In this document: positions 18,337-27,724 of the stretch, piece after piece | How positions within the stretch are numbered: the first letter of the stretch is position 1 | How the letters are laid out: every line of letters starts with the position of its first letter | Origin: Calditrichia bacterium | Lineage (GTDB): Bacteria; Calditrichota; Calditrichia; RBG-13-44-9; J075 | DNA: 64,000 nt | Direction: 5' to 3' | Assembly (NCBI GenBank): GCA_028284445.1 | Contig: JANQRS010000016.1 | Coordinates: forward strand, 80,441-144,440 | Program-made: the position numbers and the translations under genes | Notes under the pieces: generated by a model | The model's input: the letters and a program-made list of their open reading frames with translations, nothing else | Database searches by the model: none | What the model was told of the DNA's origin: nothing

Positions 18337-19260
18337 ATGGCATCAAATCGTGACACGCTTCCACAATCGACCTTAGGTATTTGGCTTTCCGCGACGCGGC
18401 CCAAAACGCTTTGGGCCGCCGTCGGCCCGGTGCTGATGGGAATTGCCATTGCTGTCAGTGACGGCGCAGCCCACTGGCCTTCGGCGCTGGTAGCCCTGCT
18501 AACGGCTATTCTCATCCAGATTGGCACAAACTTCGCCAACGACTACTACGATTTTGTCAAAGGTGCTGATACCAGTGAGCGTAAGGGACCGGTGCGGGCA
18601 ACCCAGGCTGGTCTGGTTTCACCAACCGCTATGAAGGTGGCGTTTATCCTGGTATTTGCGCTCGCTTTTTTGATGGGATTATACCTGGTCTATCGCGCCG
18701 GTTGGCCCATTTTAGCCATTGGAATCTTCTCGATTCTCTTCGGAATTCTTTACACGGGCGGACCCTATCCGCTTGGCTACAATGGCCTTGCTGATATCTT
18801 TGTGCTGATTTTCTTCGGCCCGATAGCGGTAGGGGGGACCTACTACGTTCAGGCACTGTCTATTTACGAAATCCCGCTGATCGCCGGATTGGCGCCCGGT
18901 CTGATATCAACAGCATTGCTGACAGTTAACAACCTGCGCGATATTGAAACGGATAGACTGGCCGGCAAGCGAACGCTCGCTGTTCGTTTCGGTGCTGGAT
19001 TTGCCCGGGCTGAGTACCTGTTTTGCATTCTGGTGGCCTTGATGATCCCGGTTGGACTGGCCCTTTATCTCCAGGGACACTATTTCGTCATGTGGACCGT
19101 CATTCTGCTGCTGCCGGTATTGCCTGACATCAAGTTGGTCTTTAATAAGAAGAGTTCAGCTGTTGCCCTCAATCGCGTGTTGGGCCGCACTGGTCGCCTG
19201 CTATTTCTCTACGGCCTGATTTTCTCGATCGGTTGGGTGGCCGGAAATATTCCCCGATGA
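18337..19260 (+). CDS. menA: 1,4-dihydroxy-2-naphthoate polyprenyltransferase (UbiA family)
   Basis: Multi-TM UbiA-fold with 'NDYYDFVKGAD'-type Asp-rich motif. Confidence 0.8.
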   Translation: MASNRDTLPQSTLGIWLSATRPKTLWAAVGPVLMGIAIAVSDGAAHWPSALVALLTAILIQIGTNFANDYYDFVKGADTSERKGPVRATQAGLVSPTAMKVAFILVFALAFLMGLYLVYRAGWPILAIGIFSILFGILYTGGPYPLGYNGLADIFVLIFFGPIAVGGTYYVQALSIYEIPLIAGLAPGLISTALLTVNNLRDIETDRLAGKRTLAVRFGAGFARAEYLFCILVALMIPVGLALYLQGHYFVMWTVILLLPVLPDIKLVFNKKSSAVALNRVLGRTGRLLFLYGLIFSIGWVAGNIPR

Positions 19261-20348
19261 AGCTAAGTATCCACTCTTTTCGCCTGCCGCTATCGCGTCC
19301 CTTAACCATGCTCGGGCATCGCTACAGCAGTCGTAGTGGTATATTATTGGGCATCGAGGATGATGATGGGCGAGTCGGTTGGGGCGAGATTTCGCCGATG
19401 CCGGGCTTACATCGTGAGACGCTTGATGATGTCCGGGCGGTATTGAAAAAGCAGTTCCGGAACATCCAGGCGCTGCTCAGCCAACCACTTTCATTGAGCG
19501 AATATCTGAATTCCCTTTCTCCGTCGCTTACTGTCCATAAATCGATAGCTTACGGCCTGGAAATGGCCTTCTTGAACCTTTTTAGCCAAAAAACAAATCA
19601 GCCAATTGCCAATTTACTGAGTGAAGACGTCCTAGAGACGGTCTCTATTAATGGATTGATCAGCATTGATCAGACCAATATCGATCGATCGCTGGAAGCT
19701 GTTTTACAGAAGCCTGTTCGCAGCCTGAAGCTGAAAGTGGGGCAACATGCCGTCGAGCAGGATGTCGAGCGGGTTCGATTAGTCCGCTCCAAATTACCCG
19801 CTCATATTTCTTTGCGACTGGATGCCAATTGTGCCTGGGAATATGACGAGGCGATGCGTTTCGCAAGCGGCATTGAACCTGATAGCATCGAATATATCGA
19901 AGAACCGCTGCGCGACAACCGGCAACTGGCTCGCTTTTTTCAGGATAGCGGCTTGCCAATTGCCCTCGACGAGTCACTACTTGATCAAACACCGCAGAAT
20001 GCTGAATTGTCCGATGGTATTGCAGCGGTGATTCTTAAACCCGGCTACCTGGGAGGGTTTACCGAATGTCAGGCCTGGGGGCGACTTGCAAAAGCCGCCG
20101 GGGCCAAATGCGTTGTGAGTTGCGCCTTGCAATCCGGTTTGGGACTGCATGCTGCCGCCAATCTTGCGGCAGTATTAAACGATATAGATGTCCCCTGCGG
20201 ACTTGGTACCTTTGCCTGGTTGGCAGAAGATCTGATTGAGCCGGCGTTTGCGTCAATAGCCGGGCAGATGCAGGTCAAAATTTCAGATACTGTGCATTGG
20301 CAATTGCGGAAGGATATGATTAGCAGTGGAGAAGGGTCGCATGGGTAG
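19257..20348 (+). CDS. menC: o-succinylbenzoate synthase (enolase superfamily)
   Basis: 'LRLDANCAWEYDEAMRF', 'IEYIEEPL', 'LDESL'; start chosen at MKLSI, which makes an ATGA overlap with the menA stop. Confidence 0.75.
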   Translation: MKLSIHSFRLPLSRPLTMLGHRYSSRSGILLGIEDDDGRVGWGEISPMPGLHRETLDDVRAVLKKQFRNIQALLSQPLSLSEYLNSLSPSLTVHKSIAYGLEMAFLNLFSQKTNQPIANLLSEDVLETVSINGLISIDQTNIDRSLEAVLQKPVRSLKLKVGQHAVEQDVERVRLVRSKLPAHISLRLDANCAWEYDEAMRFASGIEPDSIEYIEEPLRDNRQLARFFQDSGLPIALDESLLDQTPQNAELSDGIAAVILKPGYLGGFTECQAWGRLAKAAGAKCVVSCALQSGLGLHAAANLAAVLNDIDVPCGLGTFAWLAEDLIEPAFASIAGQMQVKISDTVHWQLRKDMISSGEGSHG

Positions 20349-21780
20349 TGAAGCTCAATTTTTTCCATGGCAAGAGTTTATAAAGGAGCATAGCGAACGG
20401 CCTTTCCTGATAGATGAAACCGCTACTATTTCTTATGCCGAGTTTGATCGACGCGTTTGCCATATTATGGAGGCTTTGGATGCGCTGAAGCAGCCACAGA
20501 AAGCTCGCATTGCGCTTGCTGCAGAGAATCAGCTTGATTACATCGTTTTATTGTGGGCCATTTGGCAGAAAGGCTTGCTGGCACTACCGCTAAATACACG
20601 GCTGCCAGCAAAAGAGATTCTGGCAAATATGGAACGGGTGCAGTGCGATATTCTTATCACTGATAATCCCCATAACTTTAAAAGCAACAAGGCCGTCTAC
20701 GCTTTTGTAGACTTCCTGCGATATTCCGGGCATGTCGAATCGCAAGGAAATGATCTCCCACTGGCGCAACTTGCGAGCATTGTTTTTACCTCCGGCAGCT
20801 CCGGGCAAGCGAAGGCGGCTGTTCATTCGCTAGGGAACCATTATTATAGTGCCCTTGGCGCCAATATGAATATGCCATTGGATAGTAGAGATCGCTGGTT
20901 GCTTACTTTGCCCTTATATCACGTTGGGGGACTGGCGACAATTTTTCGCACGATGCTCGCCGGTAGCGCGCTTGTATTTCCAAAGGCGTCCCTGGATTTA
21001 GCCGGGAATATTCGCCAGTTCGGCATTAGTCATGTTAGTATGGTTGCCACGCAGCTGCACCGCTGCCTGCGTCAGCCGGACGGCGAGCGGATTCTTGGGG
21101 GCATGAAAGCGATTCTTCTGGGCGGTAGCGCAATCCCGGATGCGCTTATTCATCAGTCCGTCGCTGCGAAGCTGCCAATTCACACGTCATACGGCTCGAC
21201 AGAGAGCGCTTCACAAGCAGCTGCTACCGCTCCCGGCGCAGATATGAGCGAGCTCCGCACCGCCGGGCGACCGCTTCCTTACCGCGAGCTAAGAATTGAC
21301 GGTGGCGGCCAAATTTGTCTTCGTGGACATACCCTCTTTAAGGGATATTGGCAGGAAAACAGGATTGTGGATGCCCGTGATGAATCCGGATGGTTTGCTA
21401 CTGGTGACAGCGGTTTTTTAGACGACACCGGGAATCTGGTGGTAACCGGTCGCATAGACAACATGTTTATTTCCGGCGGCGAAAATATCCAGCCGGCCGA
21501 AATTGAACGTGCCCTGTGCCGCCTTGAAAAAGTGGCCACAGCTTTGGTGTTGCCGGTTGATGACGAAGAATTTGGCCAGCGTCCGCTGGCATTTGTTCGT
21601 CTCGACAATAATGCGCTGCCTGAAAGCGAAGCCCTTCGCAAGGCGCTTCGTGAGGTTTTACCCGGATACAAAATTCCGCTGGCAATTTTGCCCTGGCCGG
21701 AGGAAAGAGAGACCGGCAGCATCAAAGTTGATCGGTTATATTTTAGGCAATTGGCGGCTGCCTGGTCCGCAAAAGCCTAA
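20341..21780 (+). CDS. menE: o-succinylbenzoate-CoA ligase (AMP-binding family)
   Basis: AMP-binding motif 'IVFTSGSSGQAKAA', 'YGSTE', 'TGDSGFLDDTGNL'. Alternative start at 20326. Confidence 0.75.
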   Translation: MGSEAQFFPWQEFIKEHSERPFLIDETATISYAEFDRRVCHIMEALDALKQPQKARIALAAENQLDYIVLLWAIWQKGLLALPLNTRLPAKEILANMERVQCDILITDNPHNFKSNKAVYAFVDFLRYSGHVESQGNDLPLAQLASIVFTSGSSGQAKAAVHSLGNHYYSALGANMNMPLDSRDRWLLTLPLYHVGGLATIFRTMLAGSALVFPKASLDLAGNIRQFGISHVSMVATQLHRCLRQPDGERILGGMKAILLGGSAIPDALIHQSVAAKLPIHTSYGSTESASQAAATAPGADMSELRTAGRPLPYRELRIDGGGQICLRGHTLFKGYWQENRIVDARDESGWFATGDSGFLDDTGNLVVTGRIDNMFISGGENIQPAEIERALCRLEKVATALVLPVDDEEFGQRPLAFVRLDNNALPESEALRKALREVLPGYKIPLAILPWPEERETGSIKVDRLYFRQLAAAWSAKA

Positions 21781-21894
21781 CTGTTTTTTTAGATCCTGCT
21801 TTCATTTCTGGCGAAATTTCTCTAATCTTGTTTTTTTGAATCAACGACATCTCGCGAATCAACGCCCGATTTGCCGGGCGGATGAGGTATATAT

Positions 21895-24330
21895 ATGAAG
21901 TGGGTCAAGTTCCTCCTTGCAGCTGTTTTCTGTACATCCCTATTCTATGTCTTACAATTCCCGATTGGTCAAACCCCTGCCGTAGGTAATTTCCTTAATC
22001 CTTTTGGCGGTTTTTGGCAAAACAATACCCGCCAGGATGAGCTCTTTACCCGCTATCAGGTACAAGGACTGAAGGCTGAAGTGAAAGTGGTCTGGGATGA
22101 GCGGCAAGTTGCTCATGTTTTTGCTGAAAACGATCATGATCTCTACATGATGCAAGGGTATTTGACGGCCCGTGATCGTCTCTGGCAAATGGACTTTATC
22201 GCCAGGGCTGCCGGTGGCAGGCTCTCCGAAGTGGTAGGGGAGAGAGCACTGGAACTGGATCGCTTTCGTCGAAGGACCGGGATGGTGTATGCTGCCGAGA
22301 ACTCTCTGGCCGCGACCAGTGATGCACAGTCCAAACTCGTCATGGAAGCTTATGCAAAGGGGGTAAATCGCTGGATTGCTACCCTCACTCCCGATCAATA
22401 TCCACTCGAATTTAAGATCCTGAACTATCAACCGGAAGCATGGACGCCGCTCAAATCAGCCTTGGTCTTGAAATACATGGCCTGGGATCTTACCGGTCGC
22501 AATGATGAGTTGCAAATGACCCGCACTCGCCAGCTCCTGGGTGATTCTTTAATGAATGAGATGTTTTTCAAGGATAGTGATTTGCAACGACCCATTATTC
22601 CCCGAAATACGGCATGGCCTTTTGAAGCGCTTTCGCCCCCCCCTGCGCCGGAATCGCTGGTAGAGATCGAGCCTTTGGCCATGAATATGCTTCTATCGCC
22701 TGATCCCGACATCGGCAGCAATAACTGGGCAGTTTCCGGGGAAAAGACCAAATCCGGTCATGCCATTCTTTGTAACGATCCGCACCTCGCTCTGCGCTTG
22801 CCGGCCATTTGGTATGAGATACAGCTGCATGCACCGGGTGTGAATGTATACGGTACCAGCATTCCCGGGGCGCCGGCAGTGATCATTGGTTTCAATGAAA
22901 ATATTTCCTGGGGCGTCACCAATGCTGCTACGGACGTTATGGATTGGTATGAGATTGAATTTCGCGATGATGCACAATCGGAATATCTCTATGATGGTGA
23001 ATGGCTGCAGGCAAAACAGCGTCTGGAAACAATTCACGTTTTGAACGGCGCATCTATTGTTGATACGATTCCGATGACGCGCTTCGGGCCGCTGGTCTAT
23101 AACGCTGCTGAAAAGAGCTTTAGCAGCAACGTTCCTACCGGTATGGCCCTGCGCTGGACAGCCCACCAACCGTCCAATGAACTAAGAACCTTCCTGCATC
23201 TGAATCGCGCGACAGATTATGATACCTTTACCCATGCGCTTTCTTTTTTCGATTGTCCGGCCCAAAATTTTGTCTATGCAGACAACCAGGGGAATATCGC
23301 CATTCACCACAATGGGAAATTTCCGGTTCGCTGGCAACACCAGGGACGATATATCAGTGATGGACGTGATCCGGCTTACGATTGGAAGGAATACATTCCA
23401 CGCGAGCATCTGCCAAAGGTCAAGAACCCGGAGCAGGGATTCGTCTTTAGCGCCAATCAGCGTCCCACGGACATGAGTTATCCATACTATCTCGGCGCTC
23501 GTTATGCGACCTTTGAGAGATCAATGCGAATTCATGAACGCCTCAACGAGATGCAGAATATCACCGTCGAGGATATGATGGTGCTGCAAAAAGACAATCA
23601 GAATTTGCGCGCGGAGGCAGTATTGCCTATTATGCTCGATGTCCTTGAGATGCAGGGCGTTTCGCTTGCGGAAGCACGTGATATGGATTTGTTACGCAGC
23701 TGGGATTTTAGCAATGAACGTGATGAAGTGGGACCGTTGATTTTTGATACCTGGTGGTCGAATTTTCACGCCCTGGTATGGGAGGATGAGGTTCGAGATC
23801 AGGACGAGGTGCTGTCTACGCCGGTCAGCGAAGTGACGGTAAACTTGCTGCTGTCGGATACCGCCAGTATTTGGTTTGACCGTCGTGATACCGCAGAACG
23901 CGAGCGCCTGGGCGATATTCTATCGCAGTCCTTTGCCGAGACCAGCCAGCAATTGACGGAAAAGCATGGCTTGTTTGGTGATGATTGGCAGTGGGGGAAG
24001 GCACGCGGCACGGATATTTTGCACATGGCGCAAATTCCCGGCATGGGCCGCACTGGTTTGGAAACCAATGGCAATCGGGCCATCGTCAACGCTACCTCTA
24101 AACGTTTTGGACCTTCCTGGCGAATGATTGTCGAGATGGGGCCGGAAATAAGGGCCTGGGGAATTTATCCGGGGGGGCAATCAGGTAATCCCGGATCACA
24201 ATATTACGATAATATGATTGATGACTGGGTTGCCGGCGAATATTATCCGATCGTTTTTCTGAAATCGGCTGATGAGGCATCAGAGGACATCATCGGCACC
24301 AGTGTATTCAGCAATACATTGGCGCCCTAG
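21895..24330 (+). CDS. penicillin amidase / Ntn-hydrolase acylase family protein (possible AHL or beta-lactam acylase)
   Basis: 811 aa with a signal peptide; nucleophile motif 'GSNNWAVSGEKTKSGHAILCNDPHL' sits at the expected beta-subunit N-terminus. Confidence 0.8.
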   Translation: MKWVKFLLAAVFCTSLFYVLQFPIGQTPAVGNFLNPFGGFWQNNTRQDELFTRYQVQGLKAEVKVVWDERQVAHVFAENDHDLYMMQGYLTARDRLWQMDFIARAAGGRLSEVVGERALELDRFRRRTGMVYAAENSLAATSDAQSKLVMEAYAKGVNRWIATLTPDQYPLEFKILNYQPEAWTPLKSALVLKYMAWDLTGRNDELQMTRTRQLLGDSLMNEMFFKDSDLQRPIIPRNTAWPFEALSPPPAPESLVEIEPLAMNMLLSPDPDIGSNNWAVSGEKTKSGHAILCNDPHLALRLPAIWYEIQLHAPGVNVYGTSIPGAPAVIIGFNENISWGVTNAATDVMDWYEIEFRDDAQSEYLYDGEWLQAKQRLETIHVLNGASIVDTIPMTRFGPLVYNAAEKSFSSNVPTGMALRWTAHQPSNELRTFLHLNRATDYDTFTHALSFFDCPAQNFVYADNQGNIAIHHNGKFPVRWQHQGRYISDGRDPAYDWKEYIPREHLPKVKNPEQGFVFSANQRPTDMSYPYYLGARYATFERSMRIHERLNEMQNITVEDMMVLQKDNQNLRAEAVLPIMLDVLEMQGVSLAEARDMDLLRSWDFSNERDEVGPLIFDTWWSNFHALVWEDEVRDQDEVLSTPVSEVTVNLLLSDTASIWFDRRDTAERERLGDILSQSFAETSQQLTEKHGLFGDDWQWGKARGTDILHMAQIPGMGRTGLETNGNRAIVNATSKRFGPSWRMIVEMGPEIRAWGIYPGGQSGNPGSQYYDNMIDDWVAGEYYPIVFLKSADEASEDIIGTSVFSNTLAP

Positions 24331-24348
24331 AAGGTAGGGGAAGCGTAA

Positions 24349-24702
24349 GTGGTTCTTTCATTTATGATCATGCTAATTCTACATCTGCTCACCCCTTTTT
24401 GGTGGTGGGTGATGTTGATACCGTTCATTAACAGCGTCATTCGCGGGGCAAGTGCGCTCCGTTCATTCGGCAGCGGCTTCGTGAGTGCCGGTCTGCTGTG
24501 GACAGCAATGGCGCTATTCTTGAACATCAGCTTTACGCGAGAAGTGGTGCCGCGGGTAATGGCTATGACCGGAGCAACATCATTCTGGATGCTGGTGCTG
24601 GTTACGGGCATTGTTGCCGGTCTCTGCGGGGGATTCGCCTCCCTATGCGGATTCTATCTGCGGGACATCTTCCGCAAACAACCAGTACCAGAAGTGAGTT
24701 AA
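24349..24702 (+). CDS. small hypothetical membrane protein (about 3 TM)
   Basis: 117 aa, strongly hydrophobic (WWW, LIPFIN...); follows the acylase gene. Confidence 0.4.
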   Translation: MVLSFMIMLILHLLTPFWWWVMLIPFINSVIRGASALRSFGSGFVSAGLLWTAMALFLNISFTREVVPRVMAMTGATSFWMLVLVTGIVAGLCGGFASLCGFYLRDIFRKQPVPEVS

Positions 24703-24734
24703 AGTCAATAAATTTTCTCTTCACCAGAAAAATA

Positions 24735-24850
24735 CCGCGTAGCGGTTACATAATGCAGCCCGGGGTTTCTTTTCTACCCCGGGAGGGATTTAGAGTTGTT
24801 TACACGCATTGCGTAGCGGTTACAGATGATAGCCCGAGGTTTCTTTGCTG
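24735..24850. repeat. two about 40-bp direct repeats (75-bp period) each with a CCCGGGG hairpin; followed by tcaaggatc(c) tandem motifs (24871-24920), upstream of lspA
   Basis: gcgtagcggttacaTAATGCagcccGgggtttcttTTct versus gcgtagcggttacaGATGATagcccgAggtttcttTGct. Confidence 0.5.
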
Positions 24851-24943
24851 CCTGGGGACCAATATCAAAGGATCAAGATTCAAGGATCCAGCATCGAGTA
24901 TCAAGGATCCAGCATCAATCATTTTTACATCGAAGGCTAATTT

Positions 24944-25513
24944 ATGTCGAATCGTTATCGAATTGGTGTCATCACATCAATCATTTCTTTTTCCATCCTT
25001 TTGGATCAAATAACCAAGCGTATTGCCGAGACAACGCTCAAAACAGCGCCGCCCAAGATCTATTTGGATGACTTCTTTCGCCTGCAATATGCAGAAAATA
25101 TGGGGGCTATGCTTGGATTCGGCTCCAACTGGCCGGATACTGTTCGTTTTTGGGCGCTAACTGTCGGACCGGCACTGATCCTGGTTGCCCTGCTCGGCTA
25201 CTTGTATCTGAACCGCAATATGACGCGCAGCCAAACCATTGCGCTGGCCCTGATTGCCGGTGGGGGATTGAGCAACATTATCGATAGAATTTGGAACGAT
25301 GGCTGGGTCATCGACTTTATGAATATGGGCATTGGCGGCCTGCGTACCGGTATCTTTAACTTCGCAGATGTTTCTATTATGACCGGTCTAGGTGTCATGC
25401 TGGTTTTCGGTGGTATTCTGGTGCCGGAGAAAGAACCGGAAGAATCGGGAGCAGAAGCAGAGCAGCCGAAATCAGCTGATGAAACAGATGTCGGCAGTGT
25501 GGGAGATCAGTAA
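24944..25513 (+). CDS. lspA: lipoprotein signal peptidase II
   Basis: 'NMGAMLGFG', 'LSNIIDR', 'VIDFMNMG...FNFADVSI', the characteristic LspA blocks. Confidence 0.85.
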   Translation: MSNRYRIGVITSIISFSILLDQITKRIAETTLKTAPPKIYLDDFFRLQYAENMGAMLGFGSNWPDTVRFWALTVGPALILVALLGYLYLNRNMTRSQTIALALIAGGGLSNIIDRIWNDGWVIDFMNMGIGGLRTGIFNFADVSIMTGLGVMLVFGGILVPEKEPEESGAEAEQPKSADETDVGSVGDQ

Positions 25514-25519
25514 GAGACA

Positions 25520-25551
25520 AGGCCCGCATGATTAGCTCATGCAGGCCTTTT
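25520..25551 (+). terminator. rho-independent terminator of lspA (hairpin + TTTT), between convergent lspA and cspA
   Basis: aggcccgcatga-ttagc-tcatgcaggcct-ttt (one mismatch in the stem). Confidence 0.5.
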
Positions 25552-25634
25552 GAAACAGCTCCTGATGGTCAAGTCGTCAGATAGAGACCACTTGGAATTT
25601 TACCTTCTGGAAAAGCGTTACCGGTTAAAACTGA

Positions 25635-25844
25635 TTAAACAGGTGTTACATCTTGTGCCTGCAATCCTTTATCGCTCTCAATCACGGTAAATTCAACTGC
25701 CTGTCCTTCCTGAAGGGTACGATACCCTTCTCCCTGAATTGCACTATAGTGCACGAAGATATCTTCACCTTCATCAGGGGTGATGAAGCCATAACCCTTA
25801 ACCGAGTTAAACCACTTAACTGTACCGGCTTGGCGATCAGCCAT
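25635..25844 (-). CDS. cspA: cold-shock protein (CspA family)
   Basis: 69 aa '[30 protein letters not shown]' (RNP1/RNP2); RBS aaggagg. Confidence 0.9.
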   Translation of the reverse strand: MADRQAGTVKWFNSVKGYGFITPDEGEDIFVHYSAIQGEGYRTLQEGQAVEFTVIESDKGLQAQDVTPV

Positions 25845-26584
25845 GACGCTTCACCTCCTTTCACAACCAAATAAATATCCCCAAAAATTAATAGCTTCCG
25901 GCTTCCCCCTCGAATATGAGAACCGGCTGAACTGAGTACGATGCTGCCGTATTTGCCAAGTACAGGTCACTTTTCATGAAATTACTGCTCAACTGGTGGC
26001 CTACAAATGACAAAGGTATCTCAAATGACTGGTATTCCCCTGGAATTCGGGAATGTTGCATGATGTAAATCAGGCAAATCTGCGGAGCCAGCCTGGTGGT
26101 ATTTGCGATGCCTTTGTGATTTGGATGACATGCACGATGCATGATAGAGAGATGTTGAGTAGCTGCAGAACTTGACGCTTTATGGCAAAATCATCATACT
26201 TCAAGAGAGATTCATTTTGGTTGATTACCGATGTTTTTCTTTGATAAACCGGAGAGAGGGGAAGGCGATAGGAGACAGGCAGAAAGTCGAAGGGGGATCT
26301 TTCCGTTCCAATAACATCTTGCCTGTAGACGAGGTAACTCACGAAAACTCAGTAATAATAACCACACAACCAATTGGATAAATATATAGCCGGGAGTCGG
26401 AAAATCCTATTTCTTTCTTGTTAAGGAATGAATTTGCGGCAAGGCAAATCGTTGTAACTCTAAATTAATCAAGTGCTTGTAGAAACGCTCTACGAGCGCC
26501 TGAACAATTTATAACCGCAGGAATCGCCCTGGCGGGACGAGTACCTGCGGTATCATATACCACTGCCTTAGCGGAGATTAGCGC

Positions 26585-27340
26585 TTAGCCAGACACCGGA
26601 TTCTGAAGACGCTGATTAAGAATGGCCTCCGCATTCTTCAGTTGATCGACGGTATTAATACCGTGAGTTTCTTCAACATCACGTGTCAATCTGGCAGCCA
26701 GTTTCTCGCCGCGCTGGACATAAATTTTCAGGACATCCGGCAGATAATATTCTCCCTGACGGTTGTCATTCTTCACTTCCGGCAAGGTCGCAAAAAGCTC
26801 TTTTGCCCGGAAGACATAGATACCAACATTGATTTCCTTTATTGCGCGAATCTCATCACTTGCATCTTTTTCCTCGACGATTTGGGTAACGTCGCCTTCC
26901 GGATTGCGAATCACCCGGCCATAGCCGGTGGGATCGGTCATTTCGGTTGTCAGCAATGTTGCAATTGCGCCGCTTTCACGATGATAGTCGACGAGATTTT
27001 TCAAGGTCTCAGCCTGAAGAAGGGGAACATCCCCGGAGAGAACCAGGACGTTGCCTTCAAAGTTTTCGAGGTTCGGGGCGCTCTGTAAAACGGCATGCCC
27101 GGTACCAAGTTGCGGAGATTGCACTGCATATTCAACGCTTAGGTCAGCTGTTGCTTCTTCCACCAACTCTTTCTTGTGGCCGATGATCAGTACGACCTTT
27201 TCAGAACCGATTGCCTGTGCAGCATCGATAACGTAGTGAACCATTGGCTTATCGTTGAGCGGATGAAGAACTTTCGGAAGATCGGATTTCATTCTGGTAC
27301 CTTTACCAGCAGCCAGAATAACGGTTGCTACACTTGCCAT
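26585..27340 (-). CDS. sugar-1-phosphate nucleotidyltransferase resembling the GlmU N-terminal (UDP-GlcNAc pyrophosphorylase) domain only; no LbH acetyltransferase domain
   Basis: 'VILAAGKGTRMKSDLPKVLHPL...GHKKELVEE...QLGTGHAV...LSGDVPLL' parallels E. coli GlmU residues 1-250; ORF ends at 251 aa. Confidence 0.7.
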   Translation of the reverse strand: MASVATVILAAGKGTRMKSDLPKVLHPLNDKPMVHYVIDAAQAIGSEKVVLIIGHKKELVEEATADLSVEYAVQSPQLGTGHAVLQSAPNLENFEGNVLVLSGDVPLLQAETLKNLVDYHRESGAIATLLTTEMTDPTGYGRVIRNPEGDVTQIVEEKDASDEIRAIKEINVGIYVFRAKELFATLPEVKNDNRQGEYYLPDVLKIYVQRGEKLAARLTRDVEETHGINTVDQLKNAEAILNQRLQNPVSG

Positions 27341-27724
27341 AGGATTACGACTCCTTGTTGCGGGTTTTATGATACTATCGTTTTCCTATACGATTTCTTT
27401 ATCGCATAAGGATGTAAATTAAGCGCAGAATAAATCTTCGCTGTGATCATGGATAATTTTGCGACGATTGCCTTCCCGGAAATATGACTTGTCGGGCAAT
27501 TACGACCAGTCCAATCGGGAGACAGCACTCCCGGAATGATGATTTTTGAAATCGAGCTAAGGTCAGAAAAATATTTAAATTACAGTTGAATTCGTACAAG
27601 TATTTAATTAAGTTTTTAGCAAAATTCGACGGTGCCAAACACTGAATGAGGAATTTACAAATCTCAATCTTGAGCTTTCAGCTCCATTTCGTGAATTAAT
27701 AGCCCAATATAATCAGGTGAAACG

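Noticed and set aside
21838-21872. Direct repeat 'tcgcgaatcaacg' x2 upstream of the acylase gene
   Set aside because: There are only two short copies in an AT-rich spacer; this is insufficient to call an operator without comparative data.
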